From Clostridia bacterium (GTDB lineage Bacteria; Bacillota; Clostridia; Oscillospirales; CAG-272), in NCBI GenBank assembly GCA_017445085.1, contig JAFSUT010000107.1, forward strand, positions 1 through 47,078: a DNA stretch of 47,078 nucleotides, given 5' to 3'. Positions 28,011 through 38,893 of this stretch are shown here, piece by piece. A program made the position numbers and the translations under genes. Position 1 is the stretch's first letter, and each line of letters starts with the position of its first letter. The notes under the pieces were generated by a model, which saw only the letters and a list, made by a program, of their open reading frames with translations, was not told the origin of the DNA and ran no database searches.

Positions 28011-28577
28011 TTATTTTTTTGCATCCTCAATGCGGTAGTCGCCGCGCACGAGGAGCCAAACCGTCCCGCCGGTCGCCAAAATGCCGCGCCCGTCGTCCCG
28101 CGGGATCAGGAGCGTATGGTTTTTCGGAACGGGCGCCGCATCGTAAAGTTCGACGCCGTCGGTCGTATCCGAAAGTCCCTGCTCCTCCCACTTTGTGGTA
28201 AAGGGGGAAACGACAATGGCGTCGCCCGCGCGGACGATGACTTCACAAACGTTCGGCGAGGCAAAAAGCACCTTGCCGTCTTCCAACTGCACGATCGTAA
28301 ACTGCGCGCCGGTATGCTCTGTCCCCGCGGGATACTCGATCTCCGGCTCTTTTTGCGGCACATCCGTCGTCAGCGTGACGTCCGAAATATCCTTGCCGCC
28401 GAAAGCGTCTGCGATCATCTCGGAAACTTTCGGCAAGATCACTTCATTGACATAGCCGAGGGAAATCAGCGGATCCTCTTTGGAGGAATAGGTCTCGGCG
28501 GCATAAATAAAGAGCGCGCCGCCGCAAAGCAAAACGGCAAGCAGCAAACTGCAAATGATCTTTGCCCTTTTGTTCAT
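28011..28577 (-). CDS. hypothetical signal-anchored protein (188 aa)
   Basis: GGAGGGAG RBS and N-terminal TM IICSLLLAVLLCGGALFIYAA. No motif recognised. It lies upstream of and is co-oriented with the SpoIID-like gene. Confidence 0.55.
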   Translation of the reverse strand: MNKRAKIICSLLLAVLLCGGALFIYAAETYSSKEDPLISLGYVNEVILPKVSEMIADAFGGKDISDVTLTTDVPQKEPEIEYPAGTEHTGAQFTIVQLEDGKVLFASPNVCEVIVRAGDAIVVSPFTTKWEEQGLSDTTDGVELYDAAPVPKNHTLLIPRDDGRGILATGGTVWLLVRGDYRIEDAKK

Positions 28578-28674
28578 CGTTTCTCCCTCCGAAAAAACAG
28601 AAAATCACATTTACATTATAAATGATTTGGCGCAAAAAGAAAAGAGTTTCGTCGAAATTTCCATAAATTTATTT

Positions 28675-29883
28675 TTATGATCTTTCATCCGCGATACCGA
28701 AATCGTTGTCGATATAACTCCCGCTTTTGATGGCGCCGCGCCCGAACTTTTTGCGGATATCGTCCATCACGCGCTCCCGCTTGTCTTTTTTCTCGCGGTC
28801 GTGTATGTTGTCAAAAAAACCGATCTGATCCGCCGTGTCCTCGGGGACGAGATTTGTCCCGGTGACCGTCAGGGCGCGGATGCCGAGCCGCAAATTCCAA
28901 CTTTCCCGCAGAAGCTGCATCGCGGCGTCCGCAAGATCGCACGCCAGCTGCGTGGGACTGTCCAGCGGGCGCTGGCGCTGGGTGACGACAAAGTTTTCAT
29001 CTTTGATGCTGAGTTGCACCGTCGTGCATTTGACGTGCTTTTCGCGCATACGCGCCGCCGCCAGATCACAAACGGCGGTGAGCCCGACCTCGATCTCTTC
29101 TTCACCGCAGAGGTCGCGCGAAAAGGTCATCCCGTTGCCGACGCTTTTGACCTGCCGCTCGTCGGTTGCCGCCGCCACCGGCTCATCGTCGCGCCCGTTG
29201 GCATATTCATAGAGCAAAAGCCCGCTCTTGCCGAGTTTATAAGACAAAAACTCCGGGCTTGTCCCGGCAAGTTCGCCGATGGTGCGTATGCGGAGATCGC
29301 TGAGCGCCTTTTGTGCGCTTTTCCCCACGAAAAGCAGACTGCCGACCGGGAGCGGCCAGACGATCTGCCGAAAGTGTTCTCTGTCGATACAGGTCACCGC
29401 ATCCGGTTTTTTGAGATCGCTGCCGAGTTTGGCAAAGCACTTGTTAAACGAAACGCCGACCGACACCGTAATGCCGATCTCACGGCGGATGCGGGCGCGC
29501 AGTTCGTTGGCGATCGTCAACCCGTCGCCAAACAGTTTTTGAGAGCCGCTGACGTCCAGCCAGGACTCGTCCATCCCAAACGGCTCGACAAGATCGGTGT
29601 ACGCGCGGTAGATCTCGTTGACCTCGCGCGATATGCGTACGTACAGATCATAATGCGGCGGCACAAGTACGAGGCGCGGGCATTTGCGTTTGGCGGCGTA
29701 CACGGTCTCCGCCGTGACGACGCCGTATTTTTTTGCCGCCTCGTTTTTGGCAAGGATAATGCCGTGCCGCCGGTCGGGGTCGCCGCAAACCGCCATCGGT
29801 ACGTCGGCAAGCGCGGGATTGAGCAACGTTTCCACCGACGCAAAAAACGAATTGCAGTCCGAATGCAAGATCACGCGTTCCAT
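28675..29883 (-). CDS. dinB: DNA polymerase IV (Y family)
   Basis: N-terminal ILHSDCNSFFASVE, with later motif SVGVSFNKCFAKL. ATG 29883 lies 7 nt after GGAG. Confidence 0.88.
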   Translation of the reverse strand: MERVILHSDCNSFFASVETLLNPALADVPMAVCGDPDRRHGIILAKNEAAKKYGVVTAETVYAAKRKCPRLVLVPPHYDLYVRISREVNEIYRAYTDLVEPFGMDESWLDVSGSQKLFGDGLTIANELRARIRREIGITVSVGVSFNKCFAKLGSDLKKPDAVTCIDREHFRQIVWPLPVGSLLFVGKSAQKALSDLRIRTIGELAGTSPEFLSYKLGKSGLLLYEYANGRDDEPVAAATDERQVKSVGNGMTFSRDLCGEEEIEVGLTAVCDLAAARMREKHVKCTTVQLSIKDENFVVTQRQRPLDSPTQLACDLADAAMQLLRESWNLRLGIRALTVTGTNLVPEDTADQIGFFDNIHDREKKDKRERVMDDIRKKFGRGAIKSGSYIDNDFGIADERS

Positions 29884-29917
29884 ACCCACGCTCCTCTCTT
29901 TTTTTGAGATCCCGTTT

Positions 29918-30367
29918 TTATTTTTCCCGCTTGCGCTTAAAAAACGCGCGCAAAAGTTCGGCGCATGCGTCCTCGCACACGCCGCCGTCGATCTGCGGTT
30001 TGTGATTGAGCTGATAATCGTTGAGATTCAATACGCTGCCAAAGGCGCCCGCACGGGCGTCGTAGGCGCCGAACACCACGCGCTCGATCCGCGCGTTGAC
30101 GATCGCCCCCGCGCACATCGGGCAGGGTTCCATCGTGACGTAAAGCGTTGTGCGCGGCAGGCGCCAGCCGCCAAGCGCCGCGCACGCGCGGGCAATGGCG
30201 GATGTCTCGGCGTGGCAGAGGGCGTTTTTATCGCCCTCCCGGGTATTGTGCGCCGATGCGATGACCCGATCGTCCTGCACGATGAGCGCGCCCACGGGAA
30301 CTTCATCCGCCGCCGCGGCAAGCCGCGCCTCGTCGATCGCCATTTGCATATACTCAAAATCATTCAT
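29918..30367 (-). CDS. tadA: tRNA adenosine(34) deaminase
   Basis: CDA zinc motifs HAETSAI and PCPMCAGA; 149 aa. Confidence 0.9.
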   Translation of the reverse strand: MNDFEYMQMAIDEARLAAAADEVPVGALIVQDDRVIASAHNTREGDKNALCHAETSAIARACAALGGWRLPRTTLYVTMEPCPMCAGAIVNARIERVVFGAYDARAGAFGSVLNLNDYQLNHKPQIDGGVCEDACAELLRAFFKRKREK

Positions 30368-30376
30368 ACCCTGACC

Positions 30377-31174
30377 TCAAAGCGAATTGAAAACGATCAG
30401 CGCCGTCGTCACGAGAAAATAAAGGATCGCAAGCGGCGACAAGGTCGCAAACACATCCCGCACCCATACCCGGCGAAAAAGCCGCAGCATCTTTTCCCCG
30501 ATGGACGAGCGCCAAAAATGAAACGCCGAAATACAAAATACAACGATGATCGCACCGATCGCGATCGCAGAGGCAGAGTTGCCCCGCACGCGCGAGAGGC
30601 AAAGCGACGTAAAGTTGGTCAGTGCGTGAAACGCCATACCGAGGTAAATATTTTCGGTGAGATATACGATCGCCGAGAGCATTATCCCCGCAAAAACGGC
30701 GTAGGGCAGGCGGGCGACCGAAAGATGCGCAAATCCGAAAAACAGCCCCGCAAGGATCACGCCGACGCCGCCGTAAACCGAGCAGATCCGCAAAATGTGC
30801 CCGCGGAACAGCCATTCTTCAAAAAAAGCGGGCAAAAGGCAGGCAAAGACCAGCCGGTATAGAAATGACCCCGGATTTGACGGCAGATCGCCGCCGAGCA
30901 TTTTGATGGTCAGCGACGTGCAAAAGGAAACAAACGCGCAGCCGCTGACAAAAAAGAGCGCAAACCAAATATAGTCGCGCTTTGGGAACCGCCGCGCGTT
31001 GGTATCACGCGCACCGAACGCGCCCTTTCTTGCCAAAGCGACGATCGGCAGTGTGCAGGCAAAAATCGTCGAAAAGGAAGCCCACGCCGGCAGGAGAAAC
31101 GAAAAGAACATCTGCACCGCAAGCCAAATGAACAAGTACAGTGCGGCAACGTCAATATGTCTTAACTTTTTCAA
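30377..31174 (-). CDS. CPBP family intramembrane glutamic endopeptidase
   Basis: Motifs FFEEWLFRG, FGFAHL and AFHALTNF. The start is uncertain: TTG 31174 after AAAGG was chosen because the track start would overlap the upstream gene and its terminator. Confidence 0.65.
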   Translation of the reverse strand: MKKLRHIDVAALYLFIWLAVQMFFSFLLPAWASFSTIFACTLPIVALARKGAFGARDTNARRFPKRDYIWFALFFVSGCAFVSFCTSLTIKMLGGDLPSNPGSFLYRLVFACLLPAFFEEWLFRGHILRICSVYGGVGVILAGLFFGFAHLSVARLPYAVFAGIMLSAIVYLTENIYLGMAFHALTNFTSLCLSRVRGNSASAIAIGAIIVVFCISAFHFWRSSIGEKMLRLFRRVWVRDVFATLSPLAILYFLVTTALIVFNSL

Positions 31175-31246
31175 AGTGTTCAACCTTTCTGTAAGAAAGA
31201 CGGGGGCAACAGCCTGCAAAAGCAGGAGAGGCGCACCGCCGTGTGA

Positions 31247-31281
31247 AATCAAAAGTCCCTCCGGTAAAAACCGGAGGGACT
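31247..31281 (-). terminator. rho-independent terminator of the MsmX-type ATPase gene
   Basis: An 11-bp stem (AGTCCCTCCGG at 31254..31264 with CCGGAGGGACT at 31271..31281) is followed on the minus strand by TTTTGATTT. Confidence 0.8.
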
Positions 31282-31292
31282 CTCTTTTGCAC

Positions 31293-32405
31293 TTAGTGAA
31301 GAATAGCGCGTTCGGTATCCTTATCAAAGAGGTGGATGCGGGAAACATCAAGCGCGACCTTGATGGTATCGCCCGCTCTCGCCTGACTGCGCGAGGATAC
31401 GCGTGCGATCATACGCTGCTCACCGGTGACAAGGTAGAGATAAATCTCTGCGCCCATAAGCTCGGTCACTTCCACGTAAGTTTCAATCACGCTCTCCGAG
31501 AGGCTGGAAAGATACATCGGCTCATCGTGTACGCTTTCGGGACGGAGACCCGCGATCACTTCCTTGCCTATGTAAGACTCGATCGCCGGATTGTCCGCCT
31601 TTTCTGCCGGAAGTTTGATCGAATTGCCGGCAAAGTTGAAGAAGACGTCGCTCCCCTTCTTTTCCAGCGTACCGTTGATAAAGTTCATTTGCGGGGTGCC
31701 GATAAAGCCGGCAACAAAGACGTTGCAAGGCAAATCATAAAGATTTTGCGGCGTGTCTACCTGTTGGATGATACCGTCCTTCATAACGACGATACGGGAC
31801 GCCATGGTCATAGCCTCGACCTGGTCGTGCGTAACGTAGATAAAGGTGGTGCCGACCTTTTTGTGGATCTTGGTCAACTCGGTTCTCATCTGCGCACGGA
31901 GCTTTGCGTCAAGGTTGGAAAGCGGCTCGTCAAGAAGGAATACCTTCGGATAACGGACGATCGCACGACCGAGCGCAACACGCTGCTTTTGACCGCCGGA
32001 CAAAGCCTTCGGCTTTCTGTCAAGGAGGTGCGCGATGTCGAGGATACGCGCTGCCTCTTCAACGCGGCGCTTGATCTCTTCTTTCGGCGTCTTGCGCAGT
32101 TTCAAACCGAACGCCATGTTTTCAAACACGGTCATATGCGGATACAGCGCGTAGTTTTGGAACACCATCGCGATATCTCTGTCTTTCGGGGCAACGTCGT
32201 TGACAAGTCTGTCGTCAATGAACAATTCGCCTTCGGTAATCTCTTCAAGACCCGCAATCATACGCAGAGTGGTGGACTTACCGCATCCGGAAGGACCGAC
32301 GAAAATCAAAAACTCTTTATCTTTGATCTCGAGGTTAAAATCAGATACAGCGGTAACGCCGCCGGGATACTTTTTGTAAATATGTCTGAGCGACAAGCTT
32401 GCCAT
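31293..32405 (-). CDS. stand-alone sugar ABC transporter ATP-binding protein (MsmX/MalK/UgpC type)
   Basis: Walker [10 protein letters not shown], signature LSGGQKQR, Walker B FLLDEP and a C-terminal regulatory domain. No adjacent permease genes. Confidence 0.88.
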   Translation of the reverse strand: MASLSLRHIYKKYPGGVTAVSDFNLEIKDKEFLIFVGPSGCGKSTTLRMIAGLEEITEGELFIDDRLVNDVAPKDRDIAMVFQNYALYPHMTVFENMAFGLKLRKTPKEEIKRRVEEAARILDIAHLLDRKPKALSGGQKQRVALGRAIVRYPKVFLLDEPLSNLDAKLRAQMRTELTKIHKKVGTTFIYVTHDQVEAMTMASRIVVMKDGIIQQVDTPQNLYDLPCNVFVAGFIGTPQMNFINGTLEKKGSDVFFNFAGNSIKLPAEKADNPAIESYIGKEVIAGLRPESVHDEPMYLSSLSESVIETYVEVTELMGAEIYLYLVTGEQRMIARVSSRSQARAGDTIKVALDVSRIHLFDKDTERAILH

Positions 32406-32457
32406 TGGGGCATCCTCCGTTTTATGAGACCGAAACGGTCATAAATTTTCAAATAGT

Positions 32458-32466
32458 ATTATAGCA
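32458..32466 (-). promoter_or_regulatory. extended -10 promoter (TGcTATAAT) of the MsmX-type gene
   Basis: The minus strand reads TGCTATAAT (32466..32458). The -35 element is poor. Confidence 0.35.
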
Positions 32467-32599
32467 AAATTCTTTGCAAAAATATAGGGTGTAAATTCCC
32501 AAACTTTTATCGACAAGTTTGTACAATCTGCACAACAAGTTGCATCCGATATTTTTGTCAAAATCTTTTTGCGAAAAACCGTTCTCATTTATTAGAAGT

Positions 32600-34756
32600 T
32601 TATTTTGCGTCGCGCATGGTCAGTCCGATACGGTGCTTGGCAACGTCCACGCTCTTGACGCGCACGGTGATGACGTCGCCGACCGAAAGCACTTCCGACG
32701 GATGTTTGATATATTTATCCGCGATCTCGGAAATATGCAAAAGTCCGTCCTGATGCACCCCGATATCCACAAACGCACCAAAATCCACCACGTTGCGCAC
32801 GGTGCCGCGCAGTGTCATCCCCTCACGCAAGTCCTCAAGTTTCATCACGTCCGCGCGGAGGATCGGCGCAGGCAGTCCGTCGCGCACGTCGCGCCCCGGC
32901 TTTTCAAGTTCGGTGACGATATCTTCGAGCGTCGGCAGACCGACCCCGATCTTTTCGGCGACCTCTTTCCTGCCGGCGCGCTCGATCTTCCCCGCAAGTC
33001 CGCCGAGGGCGCGCGCACGCACATCCGCCGGCGAATAGTCAAACATCGAAAGCAGTTGGCGCGCCGCCGGATAGGACTCGGGATGTACGCCCGTGCAGTC
33101 CAGGATCTCCTCCGAGCCGCTCACACGCAAAAATCCGGCGCATTGTTCAAACACCTTGTCGCCGAGGCGCGGGACTTTTTTGAGTTCCGCGCGGCTTGCA
33201 AAACGCCCGTTTGCCTCGCGGTATTTGACGATGTTTTTGGCGCAAGAGGCGCTGATGCCCGCCACGTAGGAAAGCAGAGAGTCGGACGCCGTGTTGAGTT
33301 CCACGCCGACCGCGTTGACGCAGTCCTCCACCACGCCGCCGAGCGTGAAATCCATTTTTTTCGGCGGCATATCGTGCTGATACTGCCCGACGCCGATGGA
33401 TTTCGGCTCGATTTTGACAAGTTCCGCCAGCGGGTCGATCAGTCGCCGCGCGATCGAGATCGCGCCGCGTTCAAGCACGTCGTAGGTCGGCAGTTCCTCC
33501 GCCGCTTTTTTCGACGCCGAGTAAATGGAAGCGCCCGCCTCGTTGACGATCACGTATTTGACGTCGCGCTCCACGTCTTTGATGGTTTCGGCAACAAACT
33601 GCTCGCTCTCGCGCGACGCCGTGCCGTTGCCGATGGAAATCACGTCCACGCCGTGCTTTGTGATCAGCGTGCAAAGCGTTTTTCGTGCGCGTTCTTTCTC
33701 ATTTGCCGAGCGCTCGGGATAGATCACCGCCGTATCAAGGATCTTGCCCGTGGCGTCCACCACTGCAAGTTTTGAGCCGTTGCGGATCCCCGGGTCATAG
33801 CCGAGGACCACCTTGCCGCGCACCGGCGGCTGCATCAACAGTCCGCGCAAATTCTGCGCAAACACCCCGATGGCGCCGTCCGTGGCGACTTCTGCGAGGT
33901 CGGCGCGGATCTCGCGCTCGATCGAAGGGGCGATCAGTCGCTTGTACGAATCTTGGATCGTCGCGAAAAGGAGGGGGGCGGCGGGGCTGTCCGCCGACGT
34001 GATGATCTCACGCGCAAGATAGGCGTACACGCTCTCCTCCGGCACCTTGACCGACACGCGCAGGTACTCCTCTTTTTCGCCGCGGGCGATGGCGAGGTAA
34101 CGGTGCGGGCGCACTTTGGTCAGCGGCTCGCTGTACGTATAGTAGGGCGCGTATACCGAGTCTTCTTCTTTGGCGGCGGAAGCGTTCAGCGTGCCGAGGC
34201 GCATACTTCCCTCGCGGATCACCTTGCGAAACGCCGCGTTTTGCGCGATATCCTCCGCCAAAATATCCAAAGCGCCGGCGATCGCATCCTGTGCGCTCTC
34301 CACGCCCGTCTCCTCGGAAACATACGTCGCCGCCGTTTCTTCGATCGACGGCGTATAGGTCGGCGCGCAGGACAAGATCAACGCGGCAAGCGGTTCGAGC
34401 CCCTTTTCCCGCGCCACCGAGGCACGCGTTTTCTTTTTCTGCTTATACGGCAGATAAATATCTTCCAGTTCGTTTAAGGTTTTCGCCTCTTCCAGCGCCC
34501 GTACGATCTCCTCGGTCAACTTTCCCTGCCCCTCGATGGCGACGCGGATATCCTCACGGCGTTCTTCAAAGCGGCGCAGGTAGTCCAGCCGCTCTTCCAA
34601 TTTGCGGAGCTGCTCGTCGTCAAGGCTTCCCGTCGCCTCTTTGCGATAGCGCGAAATAAAAGGGACGGTATTGCCGTCGTCCAGCAGTTCTACCGCTTTT
34701 TCCACCTGCCAGCGCTCCACGCCGAGTTCCGTACCGAGTTCTTTGATTATATCCAT
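32600..34756 (-). CDS. tex: Tex-like transcription accessory protein with C-terminal S1 domain
   Basis: 718 aa. N-terminal VERWQVEKAVELLDDGNTVPFISRYRKEATG and a C-terminal S1 domain (GTVRNVVDFGAFVDIG). Confidence 0.9.
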   Translation of the reverse strand: MDIIKELGTELGVERWQVEKAVELLDDGNTVPFISRYRKEATGSLDDEQLRKLEERLDYLRRFEERREDIRVAIEGQGKLTEEIVRALEEAKTLNELEDIYLPYKQKKKTRASVAREKGLEPLAALILSCAPTYTPSIEETAATYVSEETGVESAQDAIAGALDILAEDIAQNAAFRKVIREGSMRLGTLNASAAKEEDSVYAPYYTYSEPLTKVRPHRYLAIARGEKEEYLRVSVKVPEESVYAYLAREIITSADSPAAPLLFATIQDSYKRLIAPSIEREIRADLAEVATDGAIGVFAQNLRGLLMQPPVRGKVVLGYDPGIRNGSKLAVVDATGKILDTAVIYPERSANEKERARKTLCTLITKHGVDVISIGNGTASRESEQFVAETIKDVERDVKYVIVNEAGASIYSASKKAAEELPTYDVLERGAISIARRLIDPLAELVKIEPKSIGVGQYQHDMPPKKMDFTLGGVVEDCVNAVGVELNTASDSLLSYVAGISASCAKNIVKYREANGRFASRAELKKVPRLGDKVFEQCAGFLRVSGSEEILDCTGVHPESYPAARQLLSMFDYSPADVRARALGGLAGKIERAGRKEVAEKIGVGLPTLEDIVTELEKPGRDVRDGLPAPILRADVMKLEDLREGMTLRGTVRNVVDFGAFVDIGVHQDGLLHISEIADKYIKHPSEVLSVGDVITVRVKSVDVAKHRIGLTMRDAK

Positions 34757-34781
34757 CTTGTCTTAACCGTTCCTTCTGTAT

Positions 34782-35483
34782 TCAAACTTTATATTCCTGC
34801 AGTTTTTCGATCTCTTCTTTGCGCAGATACCGCCACGCGCCGACGTCCAGCCCGTCCGGCGTCAAAAAAGCAAAGCGCACGCGCTCCAGGTACAAAACGC
34901 GGTTGTCCACGGCGTTGAGCATCAGTTTGACCTGGTGGTATTTTCCCTCGCAAAGCGTGATCACGCCCGCCGTCCCCCCGTCGGTCGTCACCGTGCAGGG
35001 CGCCGTGACGTAACCGCCGATGTCCACACCCGCCGTCAGGCGGTCAATGTCCGCCGCGGAAAGCGGTCTTGCGCTCTCAAAGCGGTAGACCTTTTCCACA
35101 TGACGGCGCGGGGAAAGCAGACGGTGCGCAAGATCGCCGTCGTTGGTCAGGAGCATCAGCCCCTGCGTGTTTTTGTCGAGCCTGCCGCACGGAAATACGC
35201 CGAATTTGTTGACTTCCTCCGGCAAAAGTTCCAATACCGTGCGCTCATTTTTATCTTCGGTGGCGCTCACGTAGCCGTCCGGCTTATTGAGCAGTACGTA
35301 GATGTATTTGCGGTATTCGACCGTCTCGCCGCAATAGGTGACCGTATTGCACGCCGGATCGACCGGCGTGTCCGCACGGCGGACGATATTGCCGTCCAAA
35401 AGGACGTTCCCGCGCCGGATCGCCTTTTCCGCCTCACGGCGGGTGGCGACTTTACAATCGGATAAAAATTTGTCGATTCTCAT
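34782..35483 (-). CDS. rRNA pseudouridine synthase, RsuA/RluB family, with N-terminal S4 domain
   Basis: MRIDKFLSDCKVATRREAEKAIRRGNV (S4 domain) and catalytic GRLDKNTQGLMLLTNDG. ATG overlaps the rarA stop as ATGA. Confidence 0.85.
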   Translation of the reverse strand: MRIDKFLSDCKVATRREAEKAIRRGNVLLDGNIVRRADTPVDPACNTVTYCGETVEYRKYIYVLLNKPDGYVSATEDKNERTVLELLPEEVNKFGVFPCGRLDKNTQGLMLLTNDGDLAHRLLSPRRHVEKVYRFESARPLSAADIDRLTAGVDIGGYVTAPCTVTTDGGTAGVITLCEGKYHQVKLMLNAVDNRVLYLERVRFAFLTPDGLDVGAWRYLRKEEIEKLQEYKV

Positions 35484-36715
35484 TTTGTGTCTTTCTTTTT
35501 GATCGTATCCCAATAGGCTTTTGCCGCCTGTTCGTTTTTGTTTTCACCGTAGGTATAGTAGACCTTGCCCGCAAGGTCATCCGGCAGATACTGCTGGCGC
35601 ACGTAGTGATTTGGATAATCATGCGGGTACTTGTAGCCGCGGAACATCGGCGACTGCAAATGGACGGGCACGTCCTGCCCGCGCCCCGCGAGAAAATCCG
35701 CCTTTGCGGCATGATACGCCATATAGGCGCTGTTGGACTTGGGCGCCGTTGCCAGCATCACGGCAAGGTCGGCAAGCGGGATCGCCGCCTCGGGCAGACC
35801 GAGTTCCTTTGCGCTGTCCACGCAGGCTTTGGCGTAGATCGCCGCCTGCGGATACGCAAGCCCGACGTCCTCGTTTGCCATGACCAAAAGGCGCCGGCAA
35901 GCCGAAAGCAGATCGCCCCCCTCCAAGATCCGCGCAAGGTAAAAGACGGCGGCGTCGGGATCGGAACCGCGCACCGATTTTTGAAGGCAGGACAAAAGGT
36001 CGTAATGCACGTCGCCGCTGCGGTCAAAGTTGCCGGTAAAGGCAGGCGTAAAGTCGCGCACGGCGGCAAGCGTGATCTTATCTTTTGCGATCGAATAGAC
36101 ATTTTCCAGGACGCCGAGCGCCGCGCGCACGTCGCCGCCGCCGATGCCGGCGATATAGTCCAGCGCATCCTCCTCCACCGAAATATTCTTTTGGTTTTCG
36201 GTATTGAGCAGGGCAAGTCCGCGCGTCAGCGCACGGGTGATCTCCCCTGCCGAAACCGGCTTGAATTCAAACACCGCGCACCGTGACAAAATGGCGTTAT
36301 AGATGCAAAAATACGGATTGTCGGTGGTGGAAGCGATCAGCGTCACACGCCCGTCTTCAATATATTCAAGAAGCGACTGCTGTTGTTTGCGATTGAAATA
36401 CTGGATCTCATCGAGGTAGAGGAGCGTTCCCCCGGCGCCGAACAGGTTTTGCGACTGCGCGATGACGTCCTTGACGTCCGAAAGCGACGCCGTGGTGGCG
36501 TTGAGTTTATAGAGCGTCATGCCCGACTGCGCGGCAACGATGTTCGCCGCTGTCGTTTTTCCCGTCCCCGGCGGACCGTAAAAGATCATATTGGTCACGC
36601 GCCCGCTGTCCAGCATCTTGCGGACGACGCCGTTTTTGCCGAAGAGGTGCGTCTGCCCGACCATATCGTCGAGGCTTGTCGGGCGCAGTCTGTCCGCAAG
36701 CGGTTGATTTTGCAT
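35480..36715 (-). CDS. rarA: replication-associated recombination protein A (AAA+ ATPase)
   Basis: Walker A GPPGTGKTT, Walker B LYLDEIQ and the MgsA/RarA C-terminal region (HYDLLSCLQKSVRGSDPDAA). Confidence 0.9.
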   Translation of the reverse strand: MQNQPLADRLRPTSLDDMVGQTHLFGKNGVVRKMLDSGRVTNMIFYGPPGTGKTTAANIVAAQSGMTLYKLNATTASLSDVKDVIAQSQNLFGAGGTLLYLDEIQYFNRKQQQSLLEYIEDGRVTLIASTTDNPYFCIYNAILSRCAVFEFKPVSAGEITRALTRGLALLNTENQKNISVEEDALDYIAGIGGGDVRAALGVLENVYSIAKDKITLAAVRDFTPAFTGNFDRSGDVHYDLLSCLQKSVRGSDPDAAVFYLARILEGGDLLSACRRLLVMANEDVGLAYPQAAIYAKACVDSAKELGLPEAAIPLADLAVMLATAPKSNSAYMAYHAAKADFLAGRGQDVPVHLQSPMFRGYKYPHDYPNHYVRQQYLPDDLAGKVYYTYGENKNEQAAKAYWDTIKKKDTK

Positions 36716-36744
36716 ATCGAAACTCCTTCCGTATCAAAGGTCTG

Positions 36745-38877
36745 TCAGTTGAGTGTGTCCGCGCCGAGCGAGAGCACCGCGGAAACGCCGTCTTTCAGCG
36801 GTGCAAAGGCGGGATCTTTCAGCTGTGGGTCGGCGGCGAGGATCTTTTCCGCCGCCTCTGCCGCCGCCGTAAAGAGCGACGGGTCGTTGCAGAGCGCCGC
36901 CATACGGAAAAACGTTTCCTGCCCGCTCTGCTTTGCGCCGTTTCTGCCGAGGAGATCGCCGGGGCCGCGCATCTGCAAATCCCGTTCCGCGATTTCAAAG
37001 CCGTCCGCAGTATGGCAAAGGAGATGCAACCGTTCTTTGGCGTGTGCGCCGTCGGTATCCGAAACCAGAATGCAATAGGATTTCAGTCCGCCGCGCCCGA
37101 CGCGTCCGCGCAGCTGATGAAGCTGCGAGAGCCCGAAGCGCTCCGCGTTTTCGATGATCATCAAATTGGCGCGCGGCACGTTGACGCCGACTTCGATGAC
37201 GGTGGTGGAAACCAGAATTTGGATCTCCCCCGCCGCAAACGCCGCCATGATCCCGTTTTTTTCATCGGCTTTCAGCCTGCCGTGGACCACGGCGACCCTG
37301 TACTCCGGAAAAACTTTTGCAAGCGCCGCGCCGTACTCCACGGCGTTTTTCAGCGGCGGCTTGTCAGCGGCAAACACCGTCTCGCCAAACGCCGTGACGG
37401 TCGGCGCATCTTCGGCGTCGTCCGCGGCGGGCTCAATGGCGGGGCAAACGACGTAAACTTGTCCGCCCGCCTCGATCTGGCGCCTGATAAAGCCGTTGAG
37501 CCGCGTGCGGTAACTCTCATTGACGAAGTAGGTGTCGATTTTCTGCCGCCCCGCCGGCATCTCGTCGATCTTGGAGATCGCCAGATCCCCGTAGAGGACA
37601 AAGTGCAGCGTGCGCGGGATCGGTGTGGCGCTCATGACCAAAATATGTGCGTGCGGACATTGCGACAAAAGTTTTGCGCGCTGCATCATCCCAAAGCGGT
37701 GCTGCTCGTCCACGATCACGAGGGCGGCGTCCGAAAAGGCAACGTCATCCTCGATCAAGGCGTGCGTGCCGACGACGAGTTGTACCTTGCCGCTTGCAAG
37801 TTCGTCTTTGACTTTCTTCTTTTCGGAAGCACGCATACTGCCCACGAGTTTTGCCACGCAAAAACCGAGGTCCGAAAAGAGGTTTTTCATTTCATTGTAA
37901 TGCTGCGTTGCCAAAATCTCGGTCGGCGCCATGAGCACCGCCTGCCTGCCGCTCGCCAGCGCGAGATAGAGCGCCGCCTCGGCGCAAAAGGTCTTGCCGC
38001 TACCGACGTCGCCGATCAAAATGCGGGACATCCGCGCGGTGTATTCGCCTGTCCCGCGGCAGAGATCGGCGTAAATCTCGGCGATCGCACGCGACTGCGC
38101 CCCGGTCGGCGCATACGGAAAAGCGGCGTAAAACCGTTTGGTATCCACCGCGTGCAGCCGATAGGCGTCCGCACGCGTTTGCCGCATCCGCATCAGCCGC
38201 GCGGCAAGCGCGCTTTCCAGCATCTCGTCAAACGCCAGCCGCCGCGCCGCACGGTCAAGGGTGGAAAGGTCGCCCGGCGCGTGGATCTTTTCCAGTGCAA
38301 ACGCACGCGAACACAAGCCGTGAGTCTCCAGGAGCTGCGGCGGCAGCGTTTCGGTGATCTCCGCTTTGCAGATCTCAAACGCCGCGGCGGCAGAATCGCG
38401 GATCAGGCGGCTGTTTAGCCCTTTGGTGAGCGGATACACCGCATAAAGGTCGGCGAGGGCTTTCCCCGGCACGCAGAGTTCGCTGATCGGCTCGGTGATC
38501 GAATACCTGCCGTTCTTTTCGGCCAGGCGCCCGTAAAAGCGAAAGGTCTGCCCGGGATAAAATCGCTCTTTGATGTAATCTTTATTGAAATAAACGATCT
38601 CAACACTGTCACTTTCATCCACCGCGCGAAACTTGGTCAGCACTCTCCCGCCGGACAGACGCGCCGAGTGCGGCGAGGTCGCCACCGTGAGAATATAGGA
38701 CTGCGGAGAGGTAAGACTGCCGTCGGCAAGCGGCGTGACCACCCCGCGGTTTTCGTAGCGGGAGGGAAAATAGCCGATGAGGTCGCCGAGCGTGTGCAGT
38801 CCGAGCCTTTCAAACGCCGCCGCTTTGACTTTGCCGATGCCGCTAAGCGTGGAAATCGGCAGTTCGCATTGTCCCAT
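36745..38877 (-). CDS. recG: ATP-dependent DNA helicase RecG
   Basis: GDVGSGKT, DEQHRFG and the wedge-domain N-terminus. ATG 38877 follows AAAGGAGAGGA. Confidence 0.9.
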   Translation of the reverse strand: MGQCELPISTLSGIGKVKAAAFERLGLHTLGDLIGYFPSRYENRGVVTPLADGSLTSPQSYILTVATSPHSARLSGGRVLTKFRAVDESDSVEIVYFNKDYIKERFYPGQTFRFYGRLAEKNGRYSITEPISELCVPGKALADLYAVYPLTKGLNSRLIRDSAAAAFEICKAEITETLPPQLLETHGLCSRAFALEKIHAPGDLSTLDRAARRLAFDEMLESALAARLMRMRQTRADAYRLHAVDTKRFYAAFPYAPTGAQSRAIAEIYADLCRGTGEYTARMSRILIGDVGSGKTFCAEAALYLALASGRQAVLMAPTEILATQHYNEMKNLFSDLGFCVAKLVGSMRASEKKKVKDELASGKVQLVVGTHALIEDDVAFSDAALVIVDEQHRFGMMQRAKLLSQCPHAHILVMSATPIPRTLHFVLYGDLAISKIDEMPAGRQKIDTYFVNESYRTRLNGFIRRQIEAGGQVYVVCPAIEPAADDAEDAPTVTAFGETVFAADKPPLKNAVEYGAALAKVFPEYRVAVVHGRLKADEKNGIMAAFAAGEIQILVSTTVIEVGVNVPRANLMIIENAERFGLSQLHQLRGRVGRGGLKSYCILVSDTDGAHAKERLHLLCHTADGFEIAERDLQMRGPGDLLGRNGAKQSGQETFFRMAALCNDPSLFTAAAEAAEKILAADPQLKDPAFAPLKDGVSAVLSLGADTLN

Positions 38878-38893
38878 TGCCGTCCTCTCCTTT

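Noticed and set aside
30377-31174. CPBP (Abi-like) intramembrane protease as an immunity or processing factor for the peptide system
   Set aside because: It lies about 12 kb away, embedded between tadA and a sugar-transport ATPase in a housekeeping string. No operon link is visible.
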